Assembly: GCF_000485595.1 (NCBI RefSeq)
Contig: NW_014577082.1
Location: forward strand, 61,376 to 125,375
Direction of reading: 5' to 3'
Source: Priapulus caudatus
Lineage: Eukaryota
DNA: 64,000 nucleotides
Below the pieces are notes generated by a model, which did no database searches, was not told the DNA's origin, and saw nothing but the letters and a program-made list of their open reading frames with translations. Of this stretch, positions 50,129 to 63,912 are shown piece after piece; positions within the stretch are counted from its first letter, which is position 1, and every line of letters begins with the position of its first letter. A program made the position numbers and the translations under genes.

Positions 50129-51244
50129 TTAGCCACGTAGCAGCGCTGTGGTTGCACTGCATTTACAGATTGTGAAGCCAACTGGTTGTTTCTATGGCAG
50201 CCAAAACTAGGTTAACGATATAATGGCGTCATGAATGAACGCGCAGTGGTGGTGTTACTAGTGGGAAGCAGCTGTCCTTAATTGTGTTATCTCTTGGTGG
50301 CTTATTCTTTGAAACGAGCGAGCTATACTTTGCACTCTTGCAGCAACATCTTTTTGTGTGGTTAGAGTAATTCTGGATACGCGCGAGTGCGGAGTCAAAT
50401 ACTCACCGGTTTTTTTTGGAATGTCCCTGAAAATTCTGCTGTTTAGCAGCAATCTGTGAAACACTTGTTACAATGCTGCGTTTAGTGAACGTTTCTAAAT
50501 CGTATTTTGCACGAATGTACAGCAGACAACATGCTTGTTTATGTATTATTATTGTCTGTTGTGTTGGACTTCAGACTAGCTGCAGTCTCCCTCATTTTGC
50601 CGTCAACTCTCTGAGAGTAAAAATCCCAATTCACTCCCGTAAGAAATTGTTAATTTCTGCCTCTGCTGCGGTTGTGTGTACATTTCTACATGTTTACATT
50701 TCTATTTATAACGTGGTATCGAATACACAGCTTCACCCTGGTGTGCATGCGCATACTCATCCTATAATATCATGTATTTCGCACACGTCAGGAATTTCGC
50801 GCGACACCGGAGCTAAATATATAATAGTCTCGCTAGCAATTACTTACACTGATTGATGTCCGCTATTAATGTGTTGCTATTACCAGTCGGGCACTGGTCT
50901 GTCTATGTTCGTAAATGAAAGACTTGGAGAGTACCGGGTACGGTGTTTACTGTAGTAAACTACGGCTCTATCAACGGCATACATGTAGCTTAACCACTCA
51001 TCAGATATATGTACGTATTTGCATGGCATATAAAGTCAATATGATGAGTGGACTCATTACTGACCTTTCGCATCGCCAACATAAATACGAGTGGACGCAG
51101 CACTCGCCCGTTGTGTAGTAAATAAGTGAGTTAGTATTTTAAATATTTTTCTCATTCTCGAAGTAAAGAAAAATAAAATGGACCTAGTTAGTAGTACTAA
51201 CTATTTCTATATATAACAGTTAACAAATAAGAGTGCAACAGACC

Positions 51245-51610
51245 CTATGCATATAAGAGTGGGCCCATTACTGAGCCGTCGTATATAAGAGTGATCACAC
51301 TATAGTACCCTGATTATATATGAGTGGACCCACTACGCACCCTTCGTATATAAGTTATAACAACAGTAGGCCCACTACTCACCCTTCGTATATATAACAG
51401 TGGGCCCACTACTAAACTTTTGTATATAACAGTGGGCCCACTACTACACCTTTACATATAAGAGTAAACTCAATACTGACGCTTAACATAGTATACAAAA
51501 GTGGATCTACTACTCGCCCTGCGTGTATCACAGGTGACCCAGTAGTTACTGACCGCGCGTATGTAAAAGTGGACCCACTACTGACCTTGCGTGTATACGA
51601 GTGGTTCCAG
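51245..51610. repeat. Degenerate ~32-bp minisatellite (AGTGGGCCCACTACTCACCCTTCGTATATAA-like)
   Basis: Recurrent GTGGGCCCACTACT / GTGGACCCACTAC cores. Confidence 0.7.
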
Positions 51611-52778
51611 TAATCGCATCTCACATAATGGTCAGACTGGACCGAGTACTGATGCTTCAGGCGCAATAACAGTGCGTTCTTACCTCAGTGTCACGTATGT
51701 CGAACTCGCCTATACATAAAGAAAGGCGTGGAGGTGTTTTGTACTGCATTTCGTGGCTTATAAGACATGCGTCTTTACTTTAAAAATTCCCTCTACAGAC
51801 CACCTTGCTTCCAATAAGCCGAAGGTCAGTGTAGCGGACATTATTATATAGCTGGGATGTTTTAGCTACGGCGTGGTATGTTATACGCGTCTGTGCAATT
51901 ATAGTCTACAATGCATACTAACCAGCGCTGATGGTGAGGACGGCTTATGAAATAACGAAATTCGTGGGATAAAATTAAAACACGGAAAAGACAGTGGCGC
52001 GGCCGTATTTGTGGTCAACATACACCTGGTGCTGGGGGAGCGCTAAATATTGCACATGTGTAGTCAAACTTTGCGGTGATTATTGCCTTCTATATTTGTT
52101 GTGCGCCGAATTTGCAGCAGAGTAATATGAGCGGCGTAATCCGCTGGTTTTAACCGGTTTATTCGCAACAAACGCTTGTCAAGTCAATTTAGATCGTTCC
52201 CGTGCTATCCTTGTCCTACGGTCGTGCTACGGTTGATCCTCGTGCCCGGGAATAAGATGCTATTTGCTCCCGCATAGTATCTCCTGATAGTATATATATA
52301 TATATATATGTGGGGTGTGTGCGTGCGTGCGCGTGCGTGCGTGCGTGCGCGTGCGTGCGTGCGTGCGTGCGTGGTGTGCTTGCTTGTATGCGTTCGTGCA
52401 TTCGTGCATGCGCGCGTGTGTTACGTGCGATTCATCTAACACGTTTCCTTTGTAAAACGAAATTGCGTTGTAACTTGTAACGTCTCGGTTCGGAGCAGTC
52501 GGAGTTGCCACGTTATATAGGCGTGTCATACGTTAGAATGCTCGCGCTAGCTCGCGCGCGCTGCTGTTATCTCGCATCTATCCTTCGTCCCTGCGCGCTG
52601 TCTGATCCATGCATAATGAGATCTCCGCCTGATCCCCACAGCAGCAGCAACACGCAGAAACCGTATCGTGTGTGCGTGTAGCCAGCCAGCCGCGCGTGTA
52701 TGTCAGGTAGTACTGCTGTCCGCGAGGGTTTGCTGCCGAGCATTCAAAGCGCATTAAGAAGAGCATTAAGAAGCGCGA

Positions 52779-52785
<7 letters not shown>

Positions 52786-52809
<24 letters not shown>

Positions 52810-53520
52810 AGATAGCGAGAGAGAGAAGAGAGGAAGCGAGAAATGGAGAGAGGGAGAGGGGGTGATAGAGAGCAAGCGATATATATAGAGAGAGGGTAAG
52901 GGAGATAGAGAGAGAGAGAGAGAGAGAGAGATGCAGAGTGAGAAAGCGAGCGAGAGTGGGGGGATGCGAGCGAGAGAAAGAGAGATTAAGCGAGAGGGAG
53001 AGAGAGAGAAAGACAAGTTGTGTGTGCATGCGTGCGTGCGTGCGTGCGTGTGCGTGCGTGCGTGTGCGTGCGTGCGTGTGGCCGCACTAAGGCGTAGTAT
53101 AGACGCGGTGCATAGGTAGGAGACGTGAGAGAGCATTGATGTGGCTCGCACGCAGTCTGCAGCCACGTTGTGTATAAGAGCGTATCGAGAAAACCGATAT
53201 AGCCGAGGACGCCGGGGACGGGGAGGAGAATGTTTGAAACGCAGCGAGCCTTCTGTAGAGCTTTCCGTAGCTTGCGTTCGCACCGTGCGCACGTAAAAGC
53301 GTATCTAGCTGCCTGCCTGCATGCCTGCCTGCTCGTCTGCCAGCCTATCTGCCTGCCTGCTTGCCTTCATGCATGCCTGCTTGTTTGCCTGTCAGCCTGC
53401 CTGCCTGCCTGCATACCTGTCTTATCTGTCATATCTGTCTGTCCGTCTGCCTGCCTGCCTACCAGCTACCTGCCTGCATTCCAGCCTGCCTGCATGCTTG
53501 CTTGTCTGCCTGCCCGACAG
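52786..53520. repeat. Microsatellite cluster: (GA)n, (GCGT)n, (CTGC)n
   Basis: Direct reading. Confidence 0.85.
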
Positions 53521-53832
53521 ACTAAGCCGACAACTTACCGTAAGAAAGCCGGCGGCACCCACGAGCCTATGAGAACACCCCTGCTCATGGCCGTGCGCTG
53601 TGCCGCCGTGTGCGCATGCGCATACGGCGTTTACACTGCAATCTTTCCACCGATTTCGTGATCAGTCTTCCCTGCTGCAGGCCTATAATAATGTTCTCTC
53701 GAGTCGCACATGTGGTGGCCGAAATGGCCATTAACTTCTTCACGGGTGGCTGGAGCAATGATTATCTTTAGCCTTTTCATCGACAGCCTAGGATACGGTA
53801 GCTGGACATATGATAGCCCATGAGCGAGCGAG

Positions 53833-53835
<3 letters not shown>

Positions 53836-53894
<59 letters not shown>

Positions 53895-53940
53895 CTCTCT
53901 CTCCCTCTCTCCTTCTCTGCTCTCTCTCTCTCTCGTTCTC

Positions 53941-53973
<33 letters not shown>

Positions 53974-54017
53974 GCATCATCTCTCTCGTCTCTCTCGCTC
54001 TCTCTCTCTCTCTCTTC

Positions 54018-54060
<43 letters not shown>

Positions 54061-54082
54061 CTCTCCTCGCTCTCTCTCTCTC

Positions 54083-54158
<76 letters not shown>

Positions 54159-54526
54159 GTCTCTCTCTCTCCTCTCCACTCTCTCTCTCGTCTCATCTCT
54201 CTCTGTCGCGTCTCTTCTCTCCTCTCTTTCTCTCGTCTCTCTCTGCTCTCTCCTCTGCTCGTGCTCTCTGCTCTTGCGGCCGCGCTGTGCTCTCTCCTCG
54301 CCCACTCTCTTTTCTCGGCTTCTCTTCTCTCGTGCTCTCTCTCTCTCTCTCCTCGTCTCTCGTCTCTCTCTCTACTCTCTCTCTTTCTCTCCTCTCTCTC
54401 GCTGTCTCTTTCTCTCTCTCTCTCTTCACTCCTCTCTCCTCTCCTCTCGATCTCTCTTCTCTCTTTCATGCTCTCTCTCTCTCTGCTCACTCTCTCTCCT
54501 CTCTGGTCGCGTGTTCTCTCTCTGCG

Positions 54527-54574
<48 letters not shown>

Positions 54575-54897
54575 TTGCTCTCTTTCCTCTCCCCTCTCTC
54601 TCACTCTCTCTTCTCCTCGCCTCTCCGGCCCCTCTCTCTCTCCTCTCTCTGCTCTTCTCTCTCTCTCTCTCTCTCGCTCTCTACTCACTCTCTCTCCGTC
54701 TCTCTCTCTCTCGTCCTTCTCTCTCTTCCCTCTCTCACTCCCCTTCTCCTCGCCCCCTCTCTTCTCCATCTCTCGTCGTTCTCCGCTTCTCTCTGCGGTC
54801 TCGCTCTCTGCTTTCTCATCTCTCTCTCGCGCTCTCTCTCTCTCTTCCCTCGCTCCCTCCTTCTCCCCCTCTGCTCTTTCTTTCTTGCTCTCTCTCC
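53836..54897. repeat. ~1-kb degenerate (CT)n tract
   Basis: Direct reading; source of the long SL/RE pseudo-ORFs. Confidence 0.93.
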
Positions 54898-55181
54898 CGG
54901 TTGTCCCCATCATCGCGCTTTGCAGTTTGCTGATGTATTGACTGCAAGATGTCCCGAGTGGCCGAGCCCACATGCTTATGCTCAATACGTCGGTCTCCAA
55001 GGGTCAGCTTACGTTACTCGCTGGCAGCATTTTGCAGCACTGGGCCACACTGCCCGTACCATAAAAGAGGACCAGAGACACATGTTACATCTTGCGTTAC
55101 GACTGCGGCAACAATCGCTCGCGACAAGGGCAGTCGTCTCATATATGTAACTCGCCTACATGCCTAGTAGCTCATTGAGAA

Positions 55182-55581
55182 CAGGGGTGGAGCAAAACCT
55201 TTTCAAGCGAGGGCGCATCATGGGCCAATGAAAAAGGCGAAGGGCCGCAACTTTTTGAAAATCAGGCGGTGCGCTCGAAGATAATTACGTGACGTTTGCC
55301 ACAGGACCGGCCATTTCTGCGACCATAATTTAGCTGAAATAGCTGTGCCCAGAGCGTAACCAGAGGACATCTTAACAGTAATCTGTATCGGACACTGAAA
55401 AAGTCAGCCTCCGTTCAAGCCACAAAATGTTCGACTTTCAGCAAAAATCTGTATTAGATTTTAAAAAAAAATTATTTTTTTTTGTTATTTTTCATTTGGC
55501 TGTAGGCTTCCGCGGTGGCCGCCGAACCCTTCTCGATTAGCGAGGGCCGCATGCGCCCGCCGGGCCTTGTTGCCACCCCTG
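55182..55581. mobile_element. hAT-type MITE
   Basis: TIRs CAGGGGTGG(A)GCAA / TTGCCACCCCTG with AGGGCCGCA sub-terminal motifs. Confidence 0.7.
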
Positions 55582-55729
55582 GCCTCTAGAAGACTATAGC
55601 CCTATTGCTCTGCCCACGACTGGCAGTATAGTTCTCCGAGCCCACCTGCATAGGCTGCTAGGAAGGTCACAGAGCGGGCTTGGAGAGATCGGTTTTGTTT
55701 CGTGTACTAATTAGGCTTACAGAAACGGA

Positions 55730-56820
55730 AGGGAGGTGTGTACAGCCACCTACTCAGTAAACTGCACAGTCGGTTATATTGCGTCAGGCGATCACCGTTG
55801 GCGCTGTGGTGTAGGAGTAGTAGTTATGTACGGGTCATGGTGGTGCTGCATTGGGCCTGCCCATGTTTGACGGTTCCTGCTATCGGCAGTGACCTCCGTC
55901 AACCGACCGTCAAGGTTCGCCGCAGATACGTCAGCCGACACCTGTCGGCACAGCTGACACACAATGTGACGTCGTTGCACTTCGACTCGTGGCGACCACT
56001 TTTGCGCACGGACAATACGTGTGTGACCGAGACGAAACACACCGCGCGCGAGCGAGTGACGGGCACTTGAGGCGACGGCGAAGGACGCGCCGGCGGAGAA
56101 TCGTAGCATACGTAGATCGCGAGCACGCGAGTCAGCGCGAGGGGCTTCCGTTGCGACGCCGTGAAGGCGTGATTGAGGGGAACATGGCTATTTAGGACCA
56201 TTTAGCGGGACCCCACGCACGCTGCCCTCACTCGGTCGCTGTCCCCACATTCGGCAGCATCTACTCTACGAGAGAAAGTGCAACGGGGAAGCGGCTTGCA
56301 TCAAGATCGTCAGTGTATACGTTCGCCGCTCATTTGGTCGCTTGCCCCCGGTTGGACCAGTGAGCTGATCTTGGCGACGCATGTACGACCGCTCCCTACG
56401 CCCCGCGGCGAGGGGGCGGAGTAGCGTCATGCGCGTGCGTGCCGAAGCGCGACGGGACCCCCGACCCGGCGGAGGCGTTCAGGGGAGGGTACGCTGCACT
56501 TCGTCGCGACGGCTGTGGGCCGCAGGCGCTCGGGCGTTCATACTGCCCCCGGGTCGAGTAGGCGGCCGCCGCGGGGTGCTTCTCTGTCCCCTGGGTACGC
56601 GTGCTCGTGTACCAGAATTGTTCTTTAATGGCTGCCCTGTTTCTCTGTGTTTTAATCACATTATGTTTGCTGGTTCATCTGGCCCCTGTTTACAAATGTT
56701 GTAATTGTTAATCTGTAATGTCTGTGTTCGCTGGAATGTTTAAATAATTTATGATATGTTACCAGCAAGAAATCGTCTACCCTACTACCTCATTGGTCGC
56801 ATGATGGAGTGAATACATAT
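55730..56820 (+). mobile_element. Highly degraded non-LTR retrotransposon 3' fragment (Rex1/Babar or CR1/L2-like)
   Basis: Across frameshifts: G..LGP.MF...SDL (~55836-55896), VKFA(D)DT (~55909-55930), and F.LP.G.RR...TRAR...FF (~56537-56626), followed by an AT-rich tail. Confidence 0.4.
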
Positions 56821-57530
56821 TTGTTTCTATATCGATTAGCGGGTACCAATGTGATCAGAATATCATAATTAGTTAACCTAGTGAATAACAGTCTATAAAA
56901 TATGATATTATTTGTCATAGACTGCGGAATTGGTTCTGACGTTGGCTCCTGATTCATACTGTGTTTGTCAATTGGGAACTATTGATATCATCTCTGTAGT
57001 ACTTTAAGTACACCAGTTCCCATACGTCTCGATTGCTTTTTATGATGTGGAACGGTTTGGATGTGTGTAATTTTTAGTTTCGTTGGTAAGAAGGGAAGTT
57101 AGAGTTTAGCATGTTAACAGATTGCATTAACGAATACTGTTTTCATATACACTCTCCTAATATCATTAAATAAGATTTTTACTTACGAAGCTTCTAGTAT
57201 GTCGCACNNNNNNNNNNNNNNNNNNNNNNNNNCAAAAACATTATCGGAGCAATGCTTCATGGAAATGTTCGGCAATGATTTGGGCGGCGTTTGAAAAATA
57301 GATCGGCCGAACACTTGTTCCGAACAATGTTCTCTGAAGTCGGAAATGTTTTGATATCTTGACCATTGGTCGAGATGTTCGTCAATGTGCGCTGAATGTG
57401 AACAAATTCTAGGAACATTTTGTAAGTTAGTACCGAATAGCAGCACGATATGTGGTCACATGATTTGCTGTACAATATGCGTGTCTGCATATATCGCTTG
57501 CCAGAAGTGTGGACTTTTGAAAAGAAAGAG

Positions 57531-57767
57531 ATTATGGTCGAAATGTGGGCAAGCAAGCCCTGTCTAACAATTAGTAAAGTTGTTAAAATTTGCTTCTGTG
57601 CAAACTGGGCATCGCCATTCACGCGATCAGCGTGACTCTTTAACAACATTATGGTCGAAATGTGGGGGCAGCTAGCAGCCCTGTCATAAAATTTAGTAAA
57701 AGTTAGTTAAAATTTTCTGTGCAAAGGGCATCGCCCATTCACGCGATCACGTGACTCTTTACAACAA
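57531..57767. repeat. Two tandem ~118-bp units, probably inside a MITE ending near 57829
   Basis: ATTATGGTCGAAATGTGGG...GTGACTCTTT.ACAAC occurs twice. Confidence 0.75.
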
Positions 57768-57842
57768 CAGCTACTAGACGGCGCCACGAGGTTGTTCGCT
57801 GCAAAATGTTCGCAATGTGCGCCAGGCTTAATAGGCTAACTA

Positions 57843-58677
57843 GCGCCATTGATTATGCAAAGTGACGAATGCTAAAGTAACTCGCACCTTGTGATAGTTA
57901 AATAAGTACATTACCTTATAGCCAAACGCGTACTATTAATTGCCCATCTCACTGCTAATGACTAGAGAATGATAGAATTGAAATCCGTAAATCTAGTAAT
58001 CTGGCTGCCAACGTAATTTTGTATGCCAAGCAAAATAGCTCGAATTCGGTATCGTGACGTACATGTTGCCTACGGGTGTTGAGCAGAGAATTGTTTGTCC
58101 CGGGTGCTTATAACGACTGAATGAGCTAGTAGAATGTATCTATTCAATTTCGGAAGCACAGGCTGTATTCGTTTGACCAAAATTACGATAAAATTAGCGT
58201 CAGTGCCGTCTTGCTTTGTCCATGTTTAGTCTGTGGCCGTGGTTAGGTCCGCGATCCCCCCTCAGTTGTTGGCCCAAACACAGGTCTACTTTATTATACG
58301 ATCGTCCCGTGATTCGTACGTGGCATTCCATGTTCATTACAATCAGAACTACTGTTACGTATACAGTTACGGTACTGTACTTCGCTAGCATTGCGTACGG
58401 CACCGAGCATTCATGCGATGCGAAAACTGTCCGGCTGCACTATTAAAGCTGATCACACTCCGTTTCGCCGTATGCGCCGCTTTCGAAACTCGTAAAACAA
58501 GTCAGTCAACTGACTTTTCTTGACTGCGGGCATTTTCAATAGACATTTGCTTAGTAACCAGCCTCAGTGATATTGCGACAAACTAATACGCGTTTGGCTA
58601 TAGGTAATGACTTATTTAACTACACAAGGTGCCAGTTACTGTAGCATTCGTTCAACTTGCCAAATCAATGGGCCACA
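57843..58677. mobile_element. Non-autonomous TIR element with ~150-bp inverted repeats
   Basis: CCATTGATT...GAATGCTA.AGTAACT.GCACCTTGTG.TAGTTAAATAAGT.CATTACCT.ATAGCCAAACGCGTA on the left; reverse complement at ~58580-58675. Confidence 0.75.
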
Positions 58678-58682
58678 TTACA

Positions 58683-59135
58683 TTAGCTCATCTGACGTAG
58701 TCAGCGTTGCAGCTTGTAGAATCGCATGATCGTCCGTCGTCCGTCCGGCGCGTCGTGCGTCCGTCCGTCCGCAACACCGCTCGACGTCGCGTCACGTTAT
58801 TCGGGGAGTGCGCGGGTAATCCGGAAACGAGTTGGTGATGTTCGAAGTGGAGGGTCAAAGGTCAAAGCCGTCAATAGCGTGCTAAAAGAAGGGGAACATT
58901 CCCTCCTTAAACTTAAGGAACTAGGGAGCGAAATGCAGAATTTGCGGCCCACAAATCTAAACGGCTCGAACACTAGGCTTGTGATAGTCTGTTTATAGCA
59001 ATCATGGTATGGAAAAGACCCACTCACTTGTGCCGAAATGGAGGTCACAGGGCTCAAAGGTCATGGGCACAGGCAGATTTTAGGACATTTTCCTGAGGAC
59101 ATGGTCTGACGAGCGATTGAAAAACTTTATTGTTT
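58683..59135 (+). mobile_element. Helentron-associated (HINE/DINE-like) element
   Basis: TTAGCTCATCTGAC start, (CGTC)n microsatellite after the 5' end, GGTCAAAGGTCA core motifs, CTGACGAGCGAT near the 3' end; boundaries approximate. Confidence 0.5.
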
Positions 59136-61920
59136 CAGCGGTGACCTAGCATTTTTACGGCTTTTTGAAAGGACCATGAAATGTCTGTCTGCTGAAGCGA
59201 AGATAAAAGTGTCGGATAACCTTTTGACCTCAAGAGGAGCCGGTTTAACCATGGATTGTTTACGGCATTAGAAAGAATTTTTTTTTTTTATGTGTTTCGA
59301 CTGCCGGTTTGCCTAGTAGAATCGTATTACATATGCCTGGATTGTATGAGGGCCTACAATGTCAACAGGTGAAATTTCAAAAGCTAAATTTGCGTGAAGA
59401 AGGGTTATGCTCCGTTAATCGTTATAATTTCTATGGCATTCTGTATTGTCAGTGTCGTTACATGTAACGTATCAAGCGCGCCAACTGGCTAAAATGCTTA
59501 AAATCATGTTGCAGTATGAGTCGAATAATAAACTTTTTTCCGTTTTATTTGACGATGTCTTTGCAGTATTATTGATCAGCGGTCCTACCTTTGTTCATAT
59601 AAAACAACCCGCATGTCCCTACGATGCCATACGCTAGAGATAACTGCAAGCGGCGAAAAATCTGTATTTTCGCCGTGAACACGACTAGACATTAGTCCGT
59701 ACTGCATCAGTCTCTCGAGTTTTCCAGTGTGGTTGCTTCCGGGTCGCCGCCTGTGGTAGCGCCCTTAGTGGCGCTGACTCCGTAATACTAGCCTAGGAGT
59801 TTACTATACATCCAGCGTGAGATGGGCGGTGAATGTGGCACAGGCGGGGGTCATCACTAGTGCATCAATAACAGACGTCATTATTCCATTTTTCAAGTCT
59901 TGAACGAAACACGCCCGAGAGTTCACCGAAGTATAACACTTCGAGATAGTGATGCAGTATGATTAATGTCTTGTCTGTGTTCAAGTTGAAAATACCAGAT
60001 TTTCACCGCCTCATTTATCTCATGCGTATTGGGCATCGTAGGCGACATGCGGTTTGTTGTTATATGAACAAGGTAGGACAGCTGGATCAATAATACTGCC
60101 CAAAGAATTGTCAAATAAACGGAAAAAATGTATTAATTCGACTCAATACTGCAACCATCCCGTATTCGCAGTTTTACCGATTGTACGCTCTCCTTCCTTT
60201 ATACGCTCTTGGAACCGTATGCCACTGCTAGTGGTACTGTTGTAGTTTTTGCCTGCGTTAATTAGTTACAGGTTGGCAGCTCTCTATTTCAAGCCCTGTA
60301 GGGCCTTGCGTAGGTAAATGGATGAAGTGTTACCTATTCTGTCTTGCAAATAGTTGTATGCATGACTACGTAGATGGGAGCTTCCATCTTTAATCTGAAG
60401 ACACTTAAACGTACGCGCCATCTGCGTGGCAACTTTCATAACCGATCCCCAAGAACATTCCTTGAGGAATCGTTCCGGATACCATCCCTCGTGGCTTACA
60501 CTGGTTTCGGCCGTGTATGTGAAACACACGTTTGAGACTAACCAGGGTTTACTAGAATCCCACCACTGCCAAGGCCACAGAGTAGCACCGCAGTAGACGT
60601 TAGATGAGGCGCTGTCGCTCCGCGGCACGTGTTCCATTACTGTTATATGTATAACAGTATCGTAAGGCAACGTTCTGTGTCTGTGAGGTGACGGCGGCAG
60701 TTAATGAACGCGGGCTACTAGTACTAGAGCTACGGCACATATTACCCGCCTCCTAATACAGACTAGCGCTACATGGCTATCAAACAGTATGTAGCACACG
60801 CAGCTGTGCGTGTATGCTCTTCGATTAACCGTATTCTGTCATATAATCACGCGCGTCACCTGTCACGCGGCGATCCATACCGTCCGTCACGTCCGCGTTT
60901 GTCGACCCCGCCGCCAACCTACGAGCATGCGCCACACGAGATGCGCACGTGTATAAGGATTATCTTTACCACTAGATGGCATGGCCGATCAGAAGAAAAA
61001 ACGATCAGTCTGTTTGGCGTCAGCGGTGCTTATCTTGCTGCGGAAACAATGTTAGCGCCGGTTAGACAGGGACACTAGGCTAACGACGAGTGAGTGCGCG
61101 GCGCGAACGTCTGTTGCTAAAGAACCGTGAGCGTTTACTTGTATCCATGTCTTGCACGTTTTGCGTACGTCTAGCCTTATGCGTGTAGTTGTTTCGATCT
61201 TCGTTTTCAAAGTTCCTCTTGATAGTGTGTGTGTCATGGTATAAATAGTGCAACGTGAAAGCTATAGCCGAAACTGTGCGTTTTATACGCGTTTCTTTTC
61301 TCCGACATTCTGAAATCCGCTCCGAAATCCGTTCCGAAATCGCTTCGCTAACGCGTATTACTTGTTTGCGCAGGCACTCAAATATTGCTGTGGGGCGTTA
61401 TACACTCGCGAGCCTGATATTAACGAAGATGCCGAAAACCTCTGCTTCCGAAAGTTATTTAGGCGGGTTATATCGAATGACGATGCGTCGCCGATGTGAA
61501 CGTGATCCCTCGCCATGCTGTACCGCTCTGCGTTGTCCCGCTAACGTGCACTCCTCTGGTTTCGAGACGGTCACGTAGAGCTTGATCGGCTGTCCGCCCT
61601 CTATCCCCGTAACCTATAAGTGAAATAGATGACGGTAACCTATGTTTGCGTAACGTTACTTAAACAGTCGGCTGCAGCGTCAGCTAGGGGTGAGCGTATA
61701 GATATCAACAGCACTTGGAACGTGCGTATTAAAAAAAAAAACAGTAATAAAACACGAAATGTATTTACTACCAAAATCTTAATGTTTCATCTACTCTATT
61801 TCGGCCTGATAATCACTGTAATAAATGCCGGTCAGATGCTCATACTGCTAACACACAAGTACACAGCACGCCGCCCGGCCCATGTGACCATGAACAACAT
61901 GGAATAAGAGAAAGGTTTAT

Positions 61921-62150
61921 GAGGAGAGAGAAGAGAGAGAGAGAGGTAGAGAGGAGGGCAGGAATGGAGGAAGAGAGAGAGAGGAAGAGGAGAGAGAGGA
62001 GAGAGAGGGAGGGAGGAGGAGGGAGGACGAAGGGAGAGAGGGAGAGGAGAGAGAGAGGAGAGAGGGAGAGAGCGGAGGGCGAGGGAGGTGAGGGAGGGAG
62101 GAGAGGAGAGAGAGACAGATGAGGACGAGACGAGAGAGAGAAGCGCGAGA
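61921..62150. repeat. GA-rich low-complexity tract
   Basis: Direct reading. Confidence 0.85.
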
Positions 62151-62468
62151 GTTATTACTCTCTTATTCATGTTGTTTGTGCACAGGGCGGGCGTGCCGGT
62201 GTGCTTTGTGGTTGAGCATGAGGCAGTTGGACGCATATTACAGGTGGATTATAGGCGAAATAGTAGTAGAGGAACTAAGACTTCGTATTAGTAAAATAGT
62301 ACATTTCGGTAGTTATTTTACCTTTTTTTTAGTTGAAGACGTTCGAAGTGCCTGTGGTTGCGAGCTACAGCGTGCGAGGCGCGTCGTGCATGAGCGTATA
62401 GGTGCTAGCTGCGCACGATACTGCGTGCGTGCCTGCGGCTACATACATTTGTGCGTAGCGGTGCTATG

Positions 62469-62663
62469 AGTGTGTGTGTGTGTGTGTTGTGTGTTGTGTG
62501 TGTGGCTGTGTGTGTGTGTGTGTGTGTGGCGTGCGTGTGCGTGCGTGCGCGTGCGTGCGTGCGTTGCGTAGCGTGCGTGATCGTGAACTTCGTGGTGCGT
62601 GCGTGGGGCGTCGGCGTGCGTCGCGTCCGGCGGCTGCGTGTCGTGGTGCGTGCGTTGCGTGGG

Positions 62664-62696
<33 letters not shown>

Positions 62697-62965
62697 TGCG
62701 TGCGTGCGTGTGCCTCGTGCGTGGCTGTGCGTGCGTGGCGTGCGTGCGTGCGTGCGTGACGTGCGTGCGTGCGTCGCGTGCGTCTGCGTGCGTGCGTGCG
62801 TGCGTGCTGCCGTCGCGTGCGGTGCGTGCGTGAGTGCCGTGCGGGTGCGTGCGTGCCGTCGGTGCTGCGTGTGTGTGTGTGTTTGCGTGTGTTGGTGGTG
62901 TGGCCTGCCGCCGTGCTGATCGCGTGCGTGCGTGCGTGTGAATGAGTGCGTGGGTGCCTGTGCGC
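62469..62965. repeat. (GT)n/(GCGT)n microsatellite
   Basis: Direct reading. Confidence 0.9.
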
Positions 62966-63353
62966 GGTATTTAGATATAGGTATTGTCGTTTTCGTGATC
63001 GTAATATTGTTACTCGGGAGTCAATGAGCGGCCATTCTATGTAGACAGGAAACGTGTCCCTCAAGTGCAAGATGCGCATTTATTAGGAACTAAACTCAGT
63101 AATCGAGTAGACTTGTGCGTATGATGACAGTGCCTGTAGGGTAGTCAGTGATGATATTTCGTATTACCTAAGCCCTAAGGTGTCGCGTGGGCTTAGTAGA
63201 CTCATAAACACACCTCCCCTCCCAAAAACCAAGACAAGAATAGTTTCAGTTAACAACTTTAATTTACGGTTATACTGGATACATAGCCTAGTCCTAAACT
63301 TGTAATTGACTCAAAAATCCGAAATAAGTATAAATGAAATGTAATATATATAT

Positions 63354-63384
63354 ATGTGTGTGTGGTGGTTGTGTGGTGGGTGTG

Positions 63385-63420
<36 letters not shown>

Positions 63421-63912
63421 ATGTGTGTGTGTGATGTGTGTGTGTGATGTGTGTGAGAAGAGTGAGTGAGTGAGTATGTGAGGAGTGAGTGAGGTGAAAG
63501 AGTGAGATGAGTTGAGTGAGGTGAGTGAGTGCAGTGAGGAGGTGACGTGAGTGACGTGACGTGAGTGAGTGACGGAGTGAGTGAGTGAGGTGAGTGAGTG
63601 ATGTGAGTGAGTTGAGTGAGTGAGTGCGTGCGTGCGTGCGTGCGTGGTCGTGCAGTGCGTGCGTGGGTGCGTTGCGTGCGTTTGGCGTGCGTGCGTGAGG
63701 GTGGCGTGCGTAGGCTGTCTGTGCGTGCGGTCGGCGCGCGGTTTGTGTATGCTGTGTGCGATGGCTGTGTGTGTGTCAGAAATATGTATCCAGTTTATAG
63801 TGGTTAGTCGAGCAAGAATCAGGTTGATGATGATTGTGCGTGCGTGCGTGCATGCATGCGTGTGTGAGCGTGTGGTTTGGTGTGCGTGCGTGTGCGCGTG
63901 CGTTCGTGCGTG
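63354..63912. repeat. (GT)n/(GAGT)n/(GCGT)n microsatellite complex
   Basis: Direct reading. Confidence 0.88.

Noticed and set aside
53777..55150. 407-446 aa ORFs (RE- or SL-rich)
   Set aside because: Produced by the (CT)n tract
56005..56075. GIY-YIG-like QYV.ETKHTARERVTGH reading (Penelope)
   Set aside because: Needs several frameshifts, and flanking motifs fit a LINE RT better; unresolved without a search
60284..60960. 128-aa minus-strand ORF and a possible third PDE2A exon near 60880-60950
   Set aside because: No recognisable domain and no convincing splice sites or motif match
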